Under the pieces are notes generated by a model that ran no database searches, was not told the origin of the DNA, and was given only the letters and a program-made list of their open reading frames with translations. Shown in pieces: positions 9,840 to 20,363 of a stretch of DNA of 64,000 bases (the stretch's first letter is position 1; every line of letters begins with the position of its first letter). The DNA is from Candidatus Bathyarchaeota archaeon (lineage in GTDB: Archaea; Thermoproteota; Bathyarchaeia; 40CM-2-53-6): positions 32,211-96,210 of the forward strand of contig CAVPLU010000014.1 in assembly GCA_963706285.1 (NCBI GenBank), in the 5' to 3' direction. Both the position numbers and the translations under genes were made by a program.

Positions 9840-11189
9840 CTTCAGCGTGGCTACATTTCGGGTGAGGCCCGTAAGAGTCGCCGTTCTCCAGATACGCATG
9901 AAGTCTACAGTAGAAGTCCCTACATTTCACCAGGCTTTTGCAGTCCTTACACTTCTTCAGGTCGCTCGTCCTGACCTCTCCTCTGAAGAATGACCATCTA
10001 TCCGAGAACCAAATCTCCGAGATACTCTGGCTCCCTATGTTGCCCATGTTCCATCTAGGATCTGATATGACAAGGTTGCATGGGTAGATCGAACCGTGGC
10101 TATCGATTGACAGCCTGCTTCTTCCTGCTTGGCAGCAGACGTACCCTCTTCTTGCTTCTTTGACAGCCTCTTCAAGTGGCCGACAAGTAAGAAAGGTATC
10201 CAATGCAACGTCTATCTTCCTCGCGTATCTGATTCTATCAATCATCAGCTCAGGCAACACCTCTTGGTATTCCCGATACGACGGCATCCACTCGAGATTT
10301 CTCTTCATTTTGAGCGAGGGCTTCAAGTCAAGGAACGCTATCCTACGAGCTCCATAGCTGACTGCGAGGTCAATGATCTTCCTGTGATTGCTAAGATTGC
10401 GTTTGTGTAGGCAGCAGTTTATCCCGTATTCAACTCCGTGTTTCTGGAGCAGTTTCAAAGCTTCGATGGTTCTCTGGAAGGATCCTTCGACTCCTCGGAA
10501 GAGATCATGTCCTTCCGCGCTTGAATCGTCGACCGAGATCGTCGGCGTAGTTTCGGATTCTTTGAGGAGACGTGCCTTCTCCTCATCCAATTGGGTTCCA
10601 TTCGTAAGTATTACCTTTCGGAGTCTTCTCTGTTTGAGCGTCATCAGTATCTCATTTATCCGTGGGTGCAGTAGTGGTTCGCCTCCGTTGATCCTAAGTT
10701 CTAGAACTCCAAGCGTCTCAAGCTGATCCAGAATAGACTCGATTTCCTCAACAGACAACTCATGCACACCATGATCCTCGCTGTTTGAGAAGCAGTGGGC
10801 GCAGTTCAGATTGCATCGACTTGTTATGAATAAATCAACCGAGGTAGGCGCCGAGAGGAAAGGCAGGACGAATCGTTCATAAAGTGTCGGGTCCGCCTTG
10901 ACTCGCTCGGGCAGTCGAACCCTGAAGCTGTCCGCATTCACATGGACATATCCTAATCTTGACATGCGATTGAGAAACTTCTCGCACTCTTCTTCGTTAG
11001 TATCTGATTCTTTGGAGATTTCACGTTCGCATTGGAGGACTTGGCACTGATATGGTCAAGGATTTTGTATTCGTCCTCCGTGAGCAATTCGGTTCTGACC
11101 TTGTTGTAATCGAATGCTGCATAGGTCTTGTAGTACTGTGGTTCTGACCTGAGTATCACTTTGGCGTCCAGTGAGTATCTCTTGGGCAA
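9814..11189 (-). CDS. Radical SAM/SPASM protein with N-terminal RRE/PqqD-like winged helix (apparent frameshift near 11030)
   Basis: CNLNCAHC, GGEPLL, SPASM C..G...SIDSHGSIYPC...CKDC.....C....C; ORF 10953-11189 joins by frameshift to give ...KILDHISAK...EISKESDTNEEECEKFLNRMSRLGYV. Confidence 0.85.
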
Positions 11190-11230
11190 TCTCTAGTTCT
11201 CCAAACCCTGACCGCATGTCACGACAGTCA

Positions 11231-11980
11231 CTAGACTTCTCTCCATCTCGATTTGCTTCTCGCTACAATAAACAGGGCTACAGTCAATGTGATCAGAATG
11301 ATCCAGTCAAGAGCCATCGTGGTAGATGACAAGGTAAGATATCCAGCAGCACCCTGAGCCAGCTCTGCCGCATACGTGGTCGGAGAGAGATAAGCCAAGT
11401 ATCTGTACGGAAGCGGAATGTAAGTGATCGGATAATAGACAGGTGGTATCGTCGAGAAAAGCGTTGAAATGAGTCTCGAAAAGGCGAAGCTTTGGACTAT
11501 GTCGGTTGAGAAAGTTGAAAGAGTGAAACCGATCGCGACTGAAGTAAGGAACATTAGGAGAAGCACTCCCGCGAACGATAGGGCTCCAAAGGCGCTCAGA
11601 TTCATGAAGTAGTATGCAAGCACGCCGAGGACGAGAAGGGCTGGGAAAGAATAGACTAGTTCCGAGATTGCCATTCCAAACATGTAAGTCTGCCAAGTGG
11701 TTGGTGAACTAACTACCATGTCTTGGAGTTTGAAATCATTCTTCAGGTGCGAGAGATCTCCTTGGAGCGCGACGCCGGCCGAGAACATGCTCATGATGAA
11801 TCCGCCTCCTATCGCCTCTCCCAATAGGGTGCCGTGGCTCACGAAAACAATCACAAGCAGAAATGAAAGAGGAGAGAGAACGGTGTTGATTAGAACGATC
11901 GGATAGTTTCTCATTTCGAATATTGAATTGACGAGTATAGCGGCGAGAATCTGGCTGAACCTGCTTCTCTTCTGAGCCAA
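11231..11980 (-). CDS. ABC-2 type exporter permease
   Basis: About 6 TM helices, PPVYYPITYIP...SPTTY motif; TTG 11980 chosen as start, just downstream of the ATPase stop. Confidence 0.85.
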   Translation of the reverse strand: MAQKRSRFSQILAAILVNSIFEMRNYPIVLINTVLSPLSFLLVIVFVSHGTLLGEAIGGGFIMSMFSAGVALQGDLSHLKNDFKLQDMVVSSPTTWQTYMFGMAISELVYSFPALLVLGVLAYYFMNLSAFGALSFAGVLLLMFLTSVAIGFTLSTFSTDIVQSFAFSRLISTLFSTIPPVYYPITYIPLPYRYLAYLSPTTYAAELAQGAAGYLTLSSTTMALDWIILITLTVALFIVARSKSRWREV

Positions 11981-11999
11981 CCCATCTTTGCTGAGCAGG

Positions 12000-12920
12000 T
12001 CATTTGCCTCCTTTTCGGCTCGCAAGGTAGAAGAATATGTCGTCAAGTGAGATGGGATTGATCGTAAACTTGAACCCGCCTCTCGCGAGTTCTCTTGAGA
12101 CTCTGAAGGCCTCCTCTTCGACTGTGAGGATTCTGACATTGCCATCTGTTCCTGTAACCACCTCGCCCTTCTCCAGCGGAGGAAGTGGAGGTGCCGGTTT
12201 TGATAGAAGTCTCATGCTGTAGTTGTAATTCACGCTCTTTCGCAGTTCTTCCAGCGTTCCGATGCGGACAAGACTGCCGCGATCCAATATGCCAATATGG
12301 TCCGCCAGCTCCTCTGCTTCTTCCAAGTAGTGCGTCGTCAGAAATGCAAAACGTTCCTTTCCGATCTCTCTGAGAGTCTCCCAAAATTCTCTTCTTGAAA
12401 TCGGGTCAAGTCCTGTAGTTGGTTCGTCAAGAAAGATCGTTTCAGCTTCCGAAGAGAGAACCGTGGCGACCATGACTTTCCTTCTCATTCCACCGGAAAG
12501 CGAGCGGTTCAGGGCATTGGATGACTCACTGAGCCCGAGCCTCTCGAACGTCTGGGACGCCCTCCGCTTGGCCTCACCGTAGCTGAACCCGCGCCAAAGA
12601 AGGTACGACAGTACTGTCTGCATAGGCGTCATCCAAGGTATCGGTCGGGCTTCTTGAGGTACGATGGCAATTCTCTCTCTGAGCTGACGTGCCTCCTTTA
12701 CGACATCTATCCCATTTATCGTGGCGCTTCCTGATGTCGGCTCGAGTTCTGTTGCTAGGATTCGTACGAGTGTGGTTTTCCCTGAACCATTCCTGCCTAT
12801 CAGCACGAATATGCCGCTCGAAGGCAATGAGAAGCTGACGGAGTCGAGAGCCTTGGTCTTACTGTTACCGTAGATCTTGGTGAGGCGATCACATACGACC
12901 CTCCGAGTGCTCTCCATCAT
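12000..12920 (-). CDS. ABC exporter ATP-binding protein (DrrA-like)
   Basis: GRNGSGKT, LSGGMRRK, FLDEPTTGLD, TTHYLEEAE. Confidence 0.93.
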   Translation of the reverse strand: MMESTRRVVCDRLTKIYGNSKTKALDSVSFSLPSSGIFVLIGRNGSGKTTLVRILATELEPTSGSATINGIDVVKEARQLRERIAIVPQEARPIPWMTPMQTVLSYLLWRGFSYGEAKRRASQTFERLGLSESSNALNRSLSGGMRRKVMVATVLSSEAETIFLDEPTTGLDPISRREFWETLREIGKERFAFLTTHYLEEAEELADHIGILDRGSLVRIGTLEELRKSVNYNYSMRLLSKPAPPLPPLEKGEVVTGTDGNVRILTVEEEAFRVSRELARGGFKFTINPISLDDIFFYLASRKGGK

Positions 12921-13023
12921 TTTCCCACGCAATGCTACTGTCAAATTCTCTGCTATTATGTAATCTGACTCGAAACAGCGGTTGCTCTACAAACAACAGG
13001 GCGACTTAGATTACCCGAGGCCG

Positions 13024-13899
13024 TCAATGTCGCGAGTTGCGTTCTTGCATGATTCTTTCGACAAAAGTCTCGAATCTCGTGAGAGGGCGCCTAATCAACT
13101 GAGATAGTACATTCGGGTTGCCCCAGAAGCCGTTGTGATCGTAATAGCGGAACATCCTGATCAGGGTCTCAATCTGATATTGCCCCATGCCTGACGCCTG
13201 AGCTTGGCGGGTCCAGTGCTCAATCCCTACTTGCTCAGCGCGTACCGGGCGCTCAAGCTTCTTGCTCAAAACATCAGCAATTTGCCTCTGTGTCAGCACC
13301 TCGGGACCTGCCAGCTCGTATGTCGCGCCCAAATGATCTGGTTCTGTCAATACGACAGCAGCGGCTTGGGCAACGTCCTCAAGGTCAACCATGCTCAGGC
13401 GAGTCTCCACTGAATACGGCACAGCGTACACCCCATTCTCAACAATCGCCTGCCACCCTCCCAACACGTTTTGCATGTAGGATGCTGGCTGAAGGATAGT
13501 GTATGATAAACCAGATTCGAACAGCATTTCCTCCACACGTAGCTTGTTCCAGTGGTGCGTCATCGCTTCCGTCTGCGGATGCAACACCGAGTGAAAGACG
13601 AATCGATCAACATCAGCATCATCGGCCGCAGCGATCACCGTTTTGCCGATCTGGATCTCGTCAGGGTTGACGTTTGGGCAAATGTGATACACCGCAGAGG
13701 CGCCCTGTGTAGCCTTTTTGAGTGTCGCTGTGTCGCGCATGTCCCCGGCAATCACTTCCTTGGCTCCTAGTAATTTGACGATCTGAATCTGTTCGTCACG
13801 ACGAACAAGAGCACGCACAGGTTGTCGTCTGGCAACCAGTGCTTTGATGATTGCTTGCCCAGTTTTGCCTGCTGCTCCCGTAATCAGTATCGTACGCAT
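13024..13899 (-). CDS. NmrA-family NAD(P)-binding protein
   Basis: ILITGAAGKTG Rossmann motif; VDLEDVA and YELAGPE. Confidence 0.88.
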   Translation of the reverse strand: MRTILITGAAGKTGQAIIKALVARRQPVRALVRRDEQIQIVKLLGAKEVIAGDMRDTATLKKATQGASAVYHICPNVNPDEIQIGKTVIAAADDADVDRFVFHSVLHPQTEAMTHHWNKLRVEEMLFESGLSYTILQPASYMQNVLGGWQAIVENGVYAVPYSVETRLSMVDLEDVAQAAAVVLTEPDHLGATYELAGPEVLTQRQIADVLSKKLERPVRAEQVGIEHWTRQAQASGMGQYQIETLIRMFRYYDHNGFWGNPNVLSQLIRRPLTRFETFVERIMQERNSRH

Positions 13900-13931
13900 T
13901 CACCCTGTCAATGATCCTCTTCCACAGGTTC

Positions 13932-14729
13932 TCATAAGTGCTCAGCTAGCTCGCCGCACAGGATTGTGATCGCTTGCCCGCTTAGATAGACGCGCTCGCC
14001 ACTTACGCGCACACGGATCGTGCCGCCTCGCCTTGAGGCTTGGTAAGCAATGAGTTCATCCTTTCCAAGTCTTTGGCTCCAGAACGGGCCGAGACAGCAG
14101 TGGGCGGAGCCCGTAACTGGATCTTCGTCAATGCCAGATCCTGGAGCAAAGAATCTGGAAACAAAATCGTATCCGGACGACGCCGCTCGGCTAGTGACCA
14201 TGACCCCTCGAACATTCATAGTCTTCAGTAGTGCGAAGTCAGGTTTCAGATTGCGTACAGTTTCCTCGGTTTCAACCTCAAAAAGGTAATCGAACTTGCT
14301 CTTGCCCGTATACTTCGGGGTCAAACCTAATGCTTTCTCAAGGTTGGGAGGAGCAGTTGCTGGTTGTTCGGGCGTGGCTGGGAAATTCAGTTCAATCCAG
14401 TCGCCCTTTCGCTTCGCTGTCAGCAATCCGCTGAGAGTGTGAAACCTTGCCGGTTCTTCTGGTGAGACGAGCCCAATCTCCCAGAGGATATGTGCACTTG
14501 CGAGGGTTGCGTGACCACACAATGCAACTTCGACAGAAGGGGTGAACCATCGTAGGTTGAATCCATCCTCTTGCCTGCTCAGGAAAGCGGTCTCGGACAG
14601 ATTCATCTCGCGAGCCAGATCCTGCATCCACGCGTCGTCACGTGGCTCTGTCAGGATGCAAACGGCTGCTGGGTTGCCCGCAAAGGCTTTGTCCGTAAAC
14701 GCGTCAACTTGGAAAATTCTCAATCCCAC
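13932..14729 (-). CDS. PhzF-family isomerase/epimerase
   Basis: QVDAFT..GNPAAV, NLSETAF, RWFTP.VEV.LCGHATLA, EDPVTGSA. Confidence 0.93.
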   Translation of the reverse strand: MGLRIFQVDAFTDKAFAGNPAAVCILTEPRDDAWMQDLAREMNLSETAFLSRQEDGFNLRWFTPSVEVALCGHATLASAHILWEIGLVSPEEPARFHTLSGLLTAKRKGDWIELNFPATPEQPATAPPNLEKALGLTPKYTGKSKFDYLFEVETEETVRNLKPDFALLKTMNVRGVMVTSRAASSGYDFVSRFFAPGSGIDEDPVTGSAHCCLGPFWSQRLGKDELIAYQASRRGGTIRVRVSGERVYLSGQAITILCGELAEHL

Positions 14730-14758
14730 TGTTCATCAATCCGGCTATTTCATTTCAG

Positions 14759-15235
14759 TTATTCACTGATTTCGGCAACTTTGGCACTAGTGAGTCTAAC
14801 AATGTCCTGCGGGTCAATCTCTACCAGAGCCTCCATCGTCCCTGAACCGCCATAGACTTTGCTGAAATTCATTACCTTTCGATCGACCACAGTCATGAGT
14901 CTTTTCTTATGACCGAGTGGAGGCATAACGCCAACTTCGAACCCAGCCAGCATCTTCGTGATCTCTGGCGTTGCGATCTTGATCTTTGGGACACCGACAA
15001 CTGAAGACAGTCTCTTCGTATCCACTCTCCTATCGCCAGTCAGTATCGCGAGCACGGGCTCTTGCTTTTCATCGATGAAGAGTATGCTCTTTATGATCGT
15101 CTCAAGTGGGACTCGGAGTCTGGTCGCTGCATCTTGAGCTGTCATTGTCGGGCCATCTACAACGTGGAGCTGATAGTTCACGTTGTGCCCGTCAAGGTAG
15201 CGCTTGAGTGCTTCAGCCATTGTTATCATCCTCAA
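14759..15235 (-). CDS. YbaK/EbsC-family aminoacyl-tRNA deacylase
   Basis: TAQDAA, IIKSILF, GFEVGVMPPLG, GGSG. Confidence 0.88.
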   Translation of the reverse strand: MRMITMAEALKRYLDGHNVNYQLHVVDGPTMTAQDAATRLRVPLETIIKSILFIDEKQEPVLAILTGDRRVDTKRLSSVVGVPKIKIATPEITKMLAGFEVGVMPPLGHKKRLMTVVDRKVMNFSKVYGGSGTMEALVEIDPQDIVRLTSAKVAEISE

Positions 15236-15482
15236 AATGATCTGTCGTCTTTCACATTTCAGTTTGAGCCATCAGCATCCGAATGTGTCCAACAGCTTAC
15301 ATAGTATGGCTCTCCGGCCTCATCGGAGCCGCAGTCGGAGACGTTCGCCGACGTTTTGTGCCTTTGGGATGGGGTCAAAATTGTCTAAGCGAGCGGTTCC
15401 GGAGGTGCGTAGTTGACGGTATTCAGGTATTGAACTCTCAAATCAGCAAATCCTACTCTGTGCTCTTTGAGGAAAGCCTAGA

Positions 15483-15710
15483 TTGAGCAAGAGAAATGCG
15501 TTAACCGAGCAGAGCATCGTCATAGATGATGTACTCTCAATGTTGACAGGACATCCAAGAGGCTCGATGGTGAGCTTCACGGAAATCACAAAGAGCCTCC
15601 ATGACTACATCAAGATGAACGGTTTGCGGCAGAGGTTCTGTCCACACTGCAATGCTCCATTGACTAGTGCCCCATCAGAGTCACTGCCAGTTGCGGTGCC
15701 TCCAACCTAG
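15483..15710 (+). CDS. Small SWIB/MDM2-like protein with CxxC knuckle
   Basis: VSFTEITKSLHDYIKMNGLR resembles the SWIB core (RTEVTKKLWxYIKxNxLQ); followed by FCPHCNAPL. Confidence 0.55.
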   Translation: MSKRNALTEQSIVIDDVLSMLTGHPRGSMVSFTEITKSLHDYIKMNGLRQRFCPHCNAPLTSAPSESLPVAVPPT

Positions 15711-15854
15711 ATTGATGTCACGCACTTCCCTGTAAGGGCCAGTAGCTCGTACGAGCACGAGCCCCAATATTTTCTCTATCTCGTAGTCCTGAGTCTGCAT
15801 AGTTTTTTCTTTGTTCGGTATTCTACACGCTCAGATCCAGCGCGGCGAGGAGCG

Positions 15855-16655
15855 ATGCTCAAGGCAACAGAGATCGGAGATGTCACTGAGATCAAGATGG
15901 GAAGGTCTCTCGACGGCGTGTCCGCGCTCTACTGGGTCGCCGCCTACTTGATAGATGGAATCCTGATCGATACGGGCTGCGACTATTCGAAGAAAGAGCT
16001 TGGTGACTTTCTGAAAGATAAGCAGATCTCGGTGATAGTGAATACTCATTACCACGAAGATCATGTCGGCGGAAACGCTCTCCTTTCCAAACGTTTCAGG
16101 CTAGGGGCGCTGGCGCACGCGGACACGGTTCGTCTCATGAATAGAACGTACGAGTTGTACCCGTTCGAACAAGAAATCTGGGGATATCCTGACCCATCCA
16201 CTGCCACTCCGATCGGGACTATCGTCAAGAACGGTACCGTGAGCCTGCGTGTAGTCGAGACTCCGGGCCATTGCAAAGGTCACATTTCTCTCTTCGAGGA
16301 AGAACGAGGGATCCTCTTCTCTGGCGACACATGGGTTGGGGAACACCCAAAGACGGCTAGAGCGGAAGAAGATGTGCATGAGTTGATTTCTGATCTTAGG
16401 AAGTTTGAGGAGCTCAGGCCGAAGATCATGTTCGCCTCGTTGGGAAAGGTTGTTCCCGAACCGCAACAAGTCATCAAAAAGACTCGAGAATACCTGGAAG
16501 AGACGCGAGACAAGATTCGCGATCTTCACGCCGAGGGCAAATCCACTGAACAGATTCTGGAAACACTGTTTGGTAGAGAGAGCGTTCTCGCTTCGGTTAC
16601 GCAGGATCAGCTTTCAACGAAGATTTTCATTGAATCTTTCTTGCGAGATGTCTAA
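15855..16655 (+). CDS. MBL-fold metallo-hydrolase
   Basis: IDTG, THYHEDH (HxHxDH), TPGH, FSGD. Confidence 0.9.
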   Translation: MLKATEIGDVTEIKMGRSLDGVSALYWVAAYLIDGILIDTGCDYSKKELGDFLKDKQISVIVNTHYHEDHVGGNALLSKRFRLGALAHADTVRLMNRTYELYPFEQEIWGYPDPSTATPIGTIVKNGTVSLRVVETPGHCKGHISLFEEERGILFSGDTWVGEHPKTARAEEDVHELISDLRKFEELRPKIMFASLGKVVPEPQQVIKKTREYLEETRDKIRDLHAEGKSTEQILETLFGRESVLASVTQDQLSTKIFIESFLRDV

Positions 16656-16701
16656 GCTCTTCTCGATTTGTTGTTCGAGCGCGATTCCGAATGCGTAATT
16701 G

Positions 16702-16708
16702 TTTATAA
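16702..16708 (+). promoter_or_regulatory. Archaeal TATA box for the rpoD operon
   Basis: TTTATAA in the intergenic gap about 70 nt upstream of the rpoD ATG. Confidence 0.55.
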
Positions 16709-16778
16709 GCGCCTAGAAAGCCTAGACTGCAAACCCGCCAGAAATAACCACGAATACTCAGAGAAGGTCATGTGCGTC

Positions 16779-17606
16779 ATGGAGGTTGAGATCCTTGAAG
16801 AGAAGGCAGACTCGCTCAGGTTCATCCTGCGCGACAGTTCTCCAGCATTCGCCAATGCCCTCCGACGGGGAATACTTGCAGATGTCCCCGTGATGGCGAT
16901 CGAGGACGTGATCTTCCTTGAGAACACCTCCGTTATGTACGATGAGATTCTTGCACATCGGCTCGGCCTCGTCCCGTTGAAGACCGACCTAGATGCTTAT
17001 GTTCCCCGTGAGGAGTGTGACTGTAAAAGCGATCTGGGATGCCCGAAGTGCACAGCATCTTTTGTGCTTGAGGCAGAAGCAACCGACCAAACCATAACCG
17101 TGTACTCGGCTGATCTGAAGGCTGCAACCGATGTCGTTCCCACAACTGATAGAATACCAATCGTGAAACTCGCGCCAGGACAGAAAGTGAAGTTGGAGGC
17201 ATACGCTCGCTTGGGAAGAGGATCCGAACATGCAAAGTGGCAAGCAGCCTCAATCGCAGCTTACAGGTACATGCCCAAGGTCACATTGCGCCCTGAGAAC
17301 CTCTCAAACCCAGAAGACGTGATCAAGTGTTGCCCCACGAGAGTGTACGCTTCAGACTCGACACGAAAGATCTTCATCAAGAACGAGCTCGACTGTATCC
17401 TGTGCAATGCATGCGTGGAGAAAGCCGTTCCTTCGGACCAAAAGAAAGGTCCGCCAATAGAAATCAAGGGCGACGATACAGCTTTTCTATTCCAAATAGA
17501 ATCAACAGGAGCTCTCCCTCCAAGGAGAATCCTCAGAGAGGCCGGGAGCATCCTCACCAAGAAAGCTGAGGCAATGACTGTTCTAGTTGAAGCGGAGCAG
17601 AAATAG
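16779..17606 (+). CDS. rpoD: RNA polymerase subunit D (Rpo3) with Fe-S domain
   Basis: FANALRR, ENTSVMYDEILAHRLGLVPL, HAKWQ, CCP...CILCNAC. Confidence 0.95.
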   Translation: MEVEILEEKADSLRFILRDSSPAFANALRRGILADVPVMAIEDVIFLENTSVMYDEILAHRLGLVPLKTDLDAYVPREECDCKSDLGCPKCTASFVLEAEATDQTITVYSADLKAATDVVPTTDRIPIVKLAPGQKVKLEAYARLGRGSEHAKWQAASIAAYRYMPKVTLRPENLSNPEDVIKCCPTRVYASDSTRKIFIKNELDCILCNACVEKAVPSDQKKGPPIEIKGDDTAFLFQIESTGALPPRRILREAGSILTKKAEAMTVLVEAEQK

Positions 17607-17620
17607 TAGGTGTGATAATT

Positions 17621-17980
17621 ATGCGTCGTGTGATAACGAATCCAGAATTGAACGAAGCAATTGCCAAACTCAAGAGGAAAGGAAGACAAAACAAGGCACC
17701 GATCTGGTTGCGTGTAGCAGAATTTCTCGGAAAACCCAAGCGGACAAGGATCGCAGTGAACGTAAGCAGGATCGCAAGGAACACAAAGAAAGGAGACATA
17801 ATCGCGGTTCCAGGCAAAGTCCTCTCTGCGGGTTCAATCAACCACGCGATCAATGTGGGAGCTTTCAGATTCTCCCAGACAGCAAGAGCCAAGATCCAGA
17901 AAGCTGGGGGCTCATGCGTGAGTCTTGACAAGCTTGCAGACGCTCACCCTAAGGGGAGCAAGGTCAGGATACTAAGGTGA
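17621..17980 (+). CDS. rpl18e: 50S ribosomal protein L18e
   Basis: TNPEL, IW.RVAE.L.KPKR.R..VN, VPGKVL; conserved gene order. Confidence 0.95.
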   Translation: MRRVITNPELNEAIAKLKRKGRQNKAPIWLRVAEFLGKPKRTRIAVNVSRIARNTKKGDIIAVPGKVLSAGSINHAINVGAFRFSQTARAKIQKAGGSCVSLDKLADAHPKGSKVRILR

Positions 17981-17987
17981 ATATGCA

Positions 17988-18437
17988 ATGTCGAAGCAAC
18001 AGCAACCAATCATCATAGATGCCTCCAACCTGGTACTTGGGCGAGTTGCAAGCTTCGTAGCAAAACATGCACTACAAGGTGAAGAGGTCATCGTTTTCAA
18101 TGCCGAGAACGCAGTCATCTCCGGAACCAAAGCGAACATAGTAGAGGAGGCAATGCGAAGATTGAAGACGAGGACCCTGGCAGCTCAGTACAAAGCGCCA
18201 ACACATCCTCGAAGACCTGACACTTACATGCGTCGTGTCATTCGCGGTATGATGCCACGGAAGAAGCCGAAGGGGCGCAACGCCCTAAGACGGGTACAAG
18301 TCTTTACAGGCGTCCCTGAAGAATACCGAGACAAGCCCACAGTGAAGGTTCCTGACGCTGAGGCTTCAAAGCTGCGCTGCCAATACATTACAGTAGGTGA
18401 GCTCTCAGAAGAGATAGGAGGACCTTGGAAAGAATGA
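17988..18437 (+). CDS. rpl13: 50S ribosomal protein L13
   Basis: [35 protein letters not shown]. Confidence 0.95.
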   Translation: MSKQQQPIIIDASNLVLGRVASFVAKHALQGEEVIVFNAENAVISGTKANIVEEAMRRLKTRTLAAQYKAPTHPRRPDTYMRRVIRGMMPRKKPKGRNALRRVQVFTGVPEEYRDKPTVKVPDAEASKLRCQYITVGELSEEIGGPWKE

Positions 18438-18844
18438 GCGAGAGAAAGAAGATACTTCTAGTCACAGGAAAGCGGAAAACCGCGATCGCCCGAGCCGTAT
18501 TCAAATCTGGCCGCGGCAACGTAACGATAAACGAATTCCCCGTGAGCAATATGTCGTCTGAACTGGCTCGCGCAAGAGTCTCCGAGCCGCTCACGCTAGC
18601 AGGCGAACGCCTGAACACGGTTGACGTGCGCGTGAAAGTCAAGGGAGGAGGCGTCATGGGCCAAGCTGAGGCAGCTAGGATGGCGATCGCTCGCGGACTT
18701 GTGGAATACTCCAGAAGCGCCGAACTGCGGAGACTATTCACGAGTTTTGACAGGACAATGCTCGCTGGAGACCCCCGAAGGAAGGAAACGAAGAAGTTCG
18801 GAGGCCCAGGCGCAAGAGTGAGGAAACAAAAATCCTATCGTTAG
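18434..18844 (+). CDS. rps9: 30S ribosomal protein S9
   Basis: [29 protein letters not shown]...QKSYR. Confidence 0.97.
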   Translation: MSERKKILLVTGKRKTAIARAVFKSGRGNVTINEFPVSNMSSELARARVSEPLTLAGERLNTVDVRVKVKGGGVMGQAEAARMAIARGLVEYSRSAELRRLFTSFDRTMLAGDPRRKETKKFGGPGARVRKQKSYR

Positions 18845-18865
18845 ACCACACGAGTTGACTGCCCA

Positions 18866-19090
18866 ATGATCATACCTGTACGTTGCTTCACTTGCGGAAA
18901 AGTGATCGGTGATCACTGGGAAGAGTACGCACGCCGCACGAAGCAAGGAGAGAATCCTGCTAAGGTTCTAGACGACCTGGGAATGACGCGCTATTGTTGC
19001 AGACGGATGTTCATATCCCACGTCGAAGTGATCGACGAACTCCTAAAGTACGGTGAAGTCGCAGCACGTAAACGCGGCCAAATCCAGTAG
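18866..19090 (+). CDS. rpoN: RNA polymerase subunit N (Rpo10)
   Basis: [12 protein letters not shown] and RYCCRRM. Confidence 0.97.
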   Translation: MIIPVRCFTCGKVIGDHWEEYARRTKQGENPAKVLDDLGMTRYCCRRMFISHVEVIDELLKYGEVAARKRGQIQ

Positions 19091-19100
19091 ATGCGGTATC

Positions 19101-20363
19101 TTGGCAGCTCCTGTCAAGATCACGAGCCTAAAGGCTCGAAGAATCCTAGACAGCCGCGGCGAATCCACAGTCGAAGTAGACCTCTCCAGCAAAACTATCA
19201 TGGTTCGGGTAGCTGCGCCATCAGGCAAGAGCCGAGGCAAATGGGAAGTTCAACCGTTCCCTGACGGCGGAGTCGATGAAGCCGTCGAGCACGTGAAGAA
19301 GCTGCTGGCTCCTGAACTCTCAGGAATGAACGCCGACCGCCAACAGCAGATCGACGAGAAACTGCATGAGGTTGACGGAACCGCGCAATTCAGCAGAATC
19401 GGCGGAAACACTGCATACGCAGTCTCCATAGCCGCTGCACTCTTGTCGGCAACTGTCCACAAGAAACCGCTCTACCAGAAACTCGCAGGTTCCTCAAAGG
19501 TCAGAATCTCTCTTCCGCTCGGAAACGTTGTCGGCGGAGGCGCACACGCCAAAGGCAAACGAACAGACATACAGGAATTCCTGGTCGTCCCAACGAGAGC
19601 AACCTCGGCAATTCAAGCAGCAGAAGCCAACATCAAAGTCCACGCGGAAGTCGCGCGGCTAGCAGTGAAGCAAGGATCACCAATGATCGGGAAAGGAGAC
19701 GAGGGAGGCTATGTGCTAGACATGACAACCGAGCAGGCGCTCGACCTGATCAGCAAAGCATGCGAGATCGTCTCACTCGAAACTGGAGCGGACGTTAGGA
19801 TAGGTCTCGATGTCGCGTCCTCAAGCATGTGGGATGAGAAGCAACAGGCATACATCTACAAGAGAGACGAGAAGAAACGCAACGAAGGCGAGCAGATAGA
19901 ATTCATCCTTGACCTAATAGACCGCTACAAGCTCCTCTACATCGAGGATCCGTTGGACGAGGATGCCTTCGAAGCATTCGCCGAACTCCACAAGAAGGCT
20001 GGAGCAGCCTTGATCTGCGGTGACGACCTCCTAGTCACCAATACGACTAGGATTGACCAAGCGATCAAACGTGGATCAGCCAACGCGATCATCATCAAAA
20101 CAAACCAGGTTGGGACACTCTCTGACGCTAGAAAGGCCGTCGAGAATTCAAAAGCCGCAGACTACGTTACGGTCATGTCGCATCGTTCGGGAGAAGTGTG
20201 CTCCGGGGAGCTCGCGCAAATTGCGGTTGGCCTATCATGTCCCATGATCAAGTGCGGAGTCATCGGCGGGGAACGCATCTCGAAACTCAACGAGCTGATC
20301 CGAATAGAGGAAGACGCGAAGAAGCGAAAGATGCTCGCTGGAATGGCACAGGTACCAAGCTAG
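19101..20363 (+). CDS. eno: Enolase
   Basis: ILDSRG..TVEV, GDEGG, IEDP, GDDLLVTN, SHRSGE, ER.SKLNELIRIEE. Confidence 0.95.
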   Translation: MAAPVKITSLKARRILDSRGESTVEVDLSSKTIMVRVAAPSGKSRGKWEVQPFPDGGVDEAVEHVKKLLAPELSGMNADRQQQIDEKLHEVDGTAQFSRIGGNTAYAVSIAAALLSATVHKKPLYQKLAGSSKVRISLPLGNVVGGGAHAKGKRTDIQEFLVVPTRATSAIQAAEANIKVHAEVARLAVKQGSPMIGKGDEGGYVLDMTTEQALDLISKACEIVSLETGADVRIGLDVASSSMWDEKQQAYIYKRDEKKRNEGEQIEFILDLIDRYKLLYIEDPLDEDAFEAFAELHKKAGAALICGDDLLVTNTTRIDQAIKRGSANAIIIKTNQVGTLSDARKAVENSKAADYVTVMSHRSGEVCSGELAQIAVGLSCPMIKCGVIGGERISKLNELIRIEEDAKKRKMLAGMAQVPS

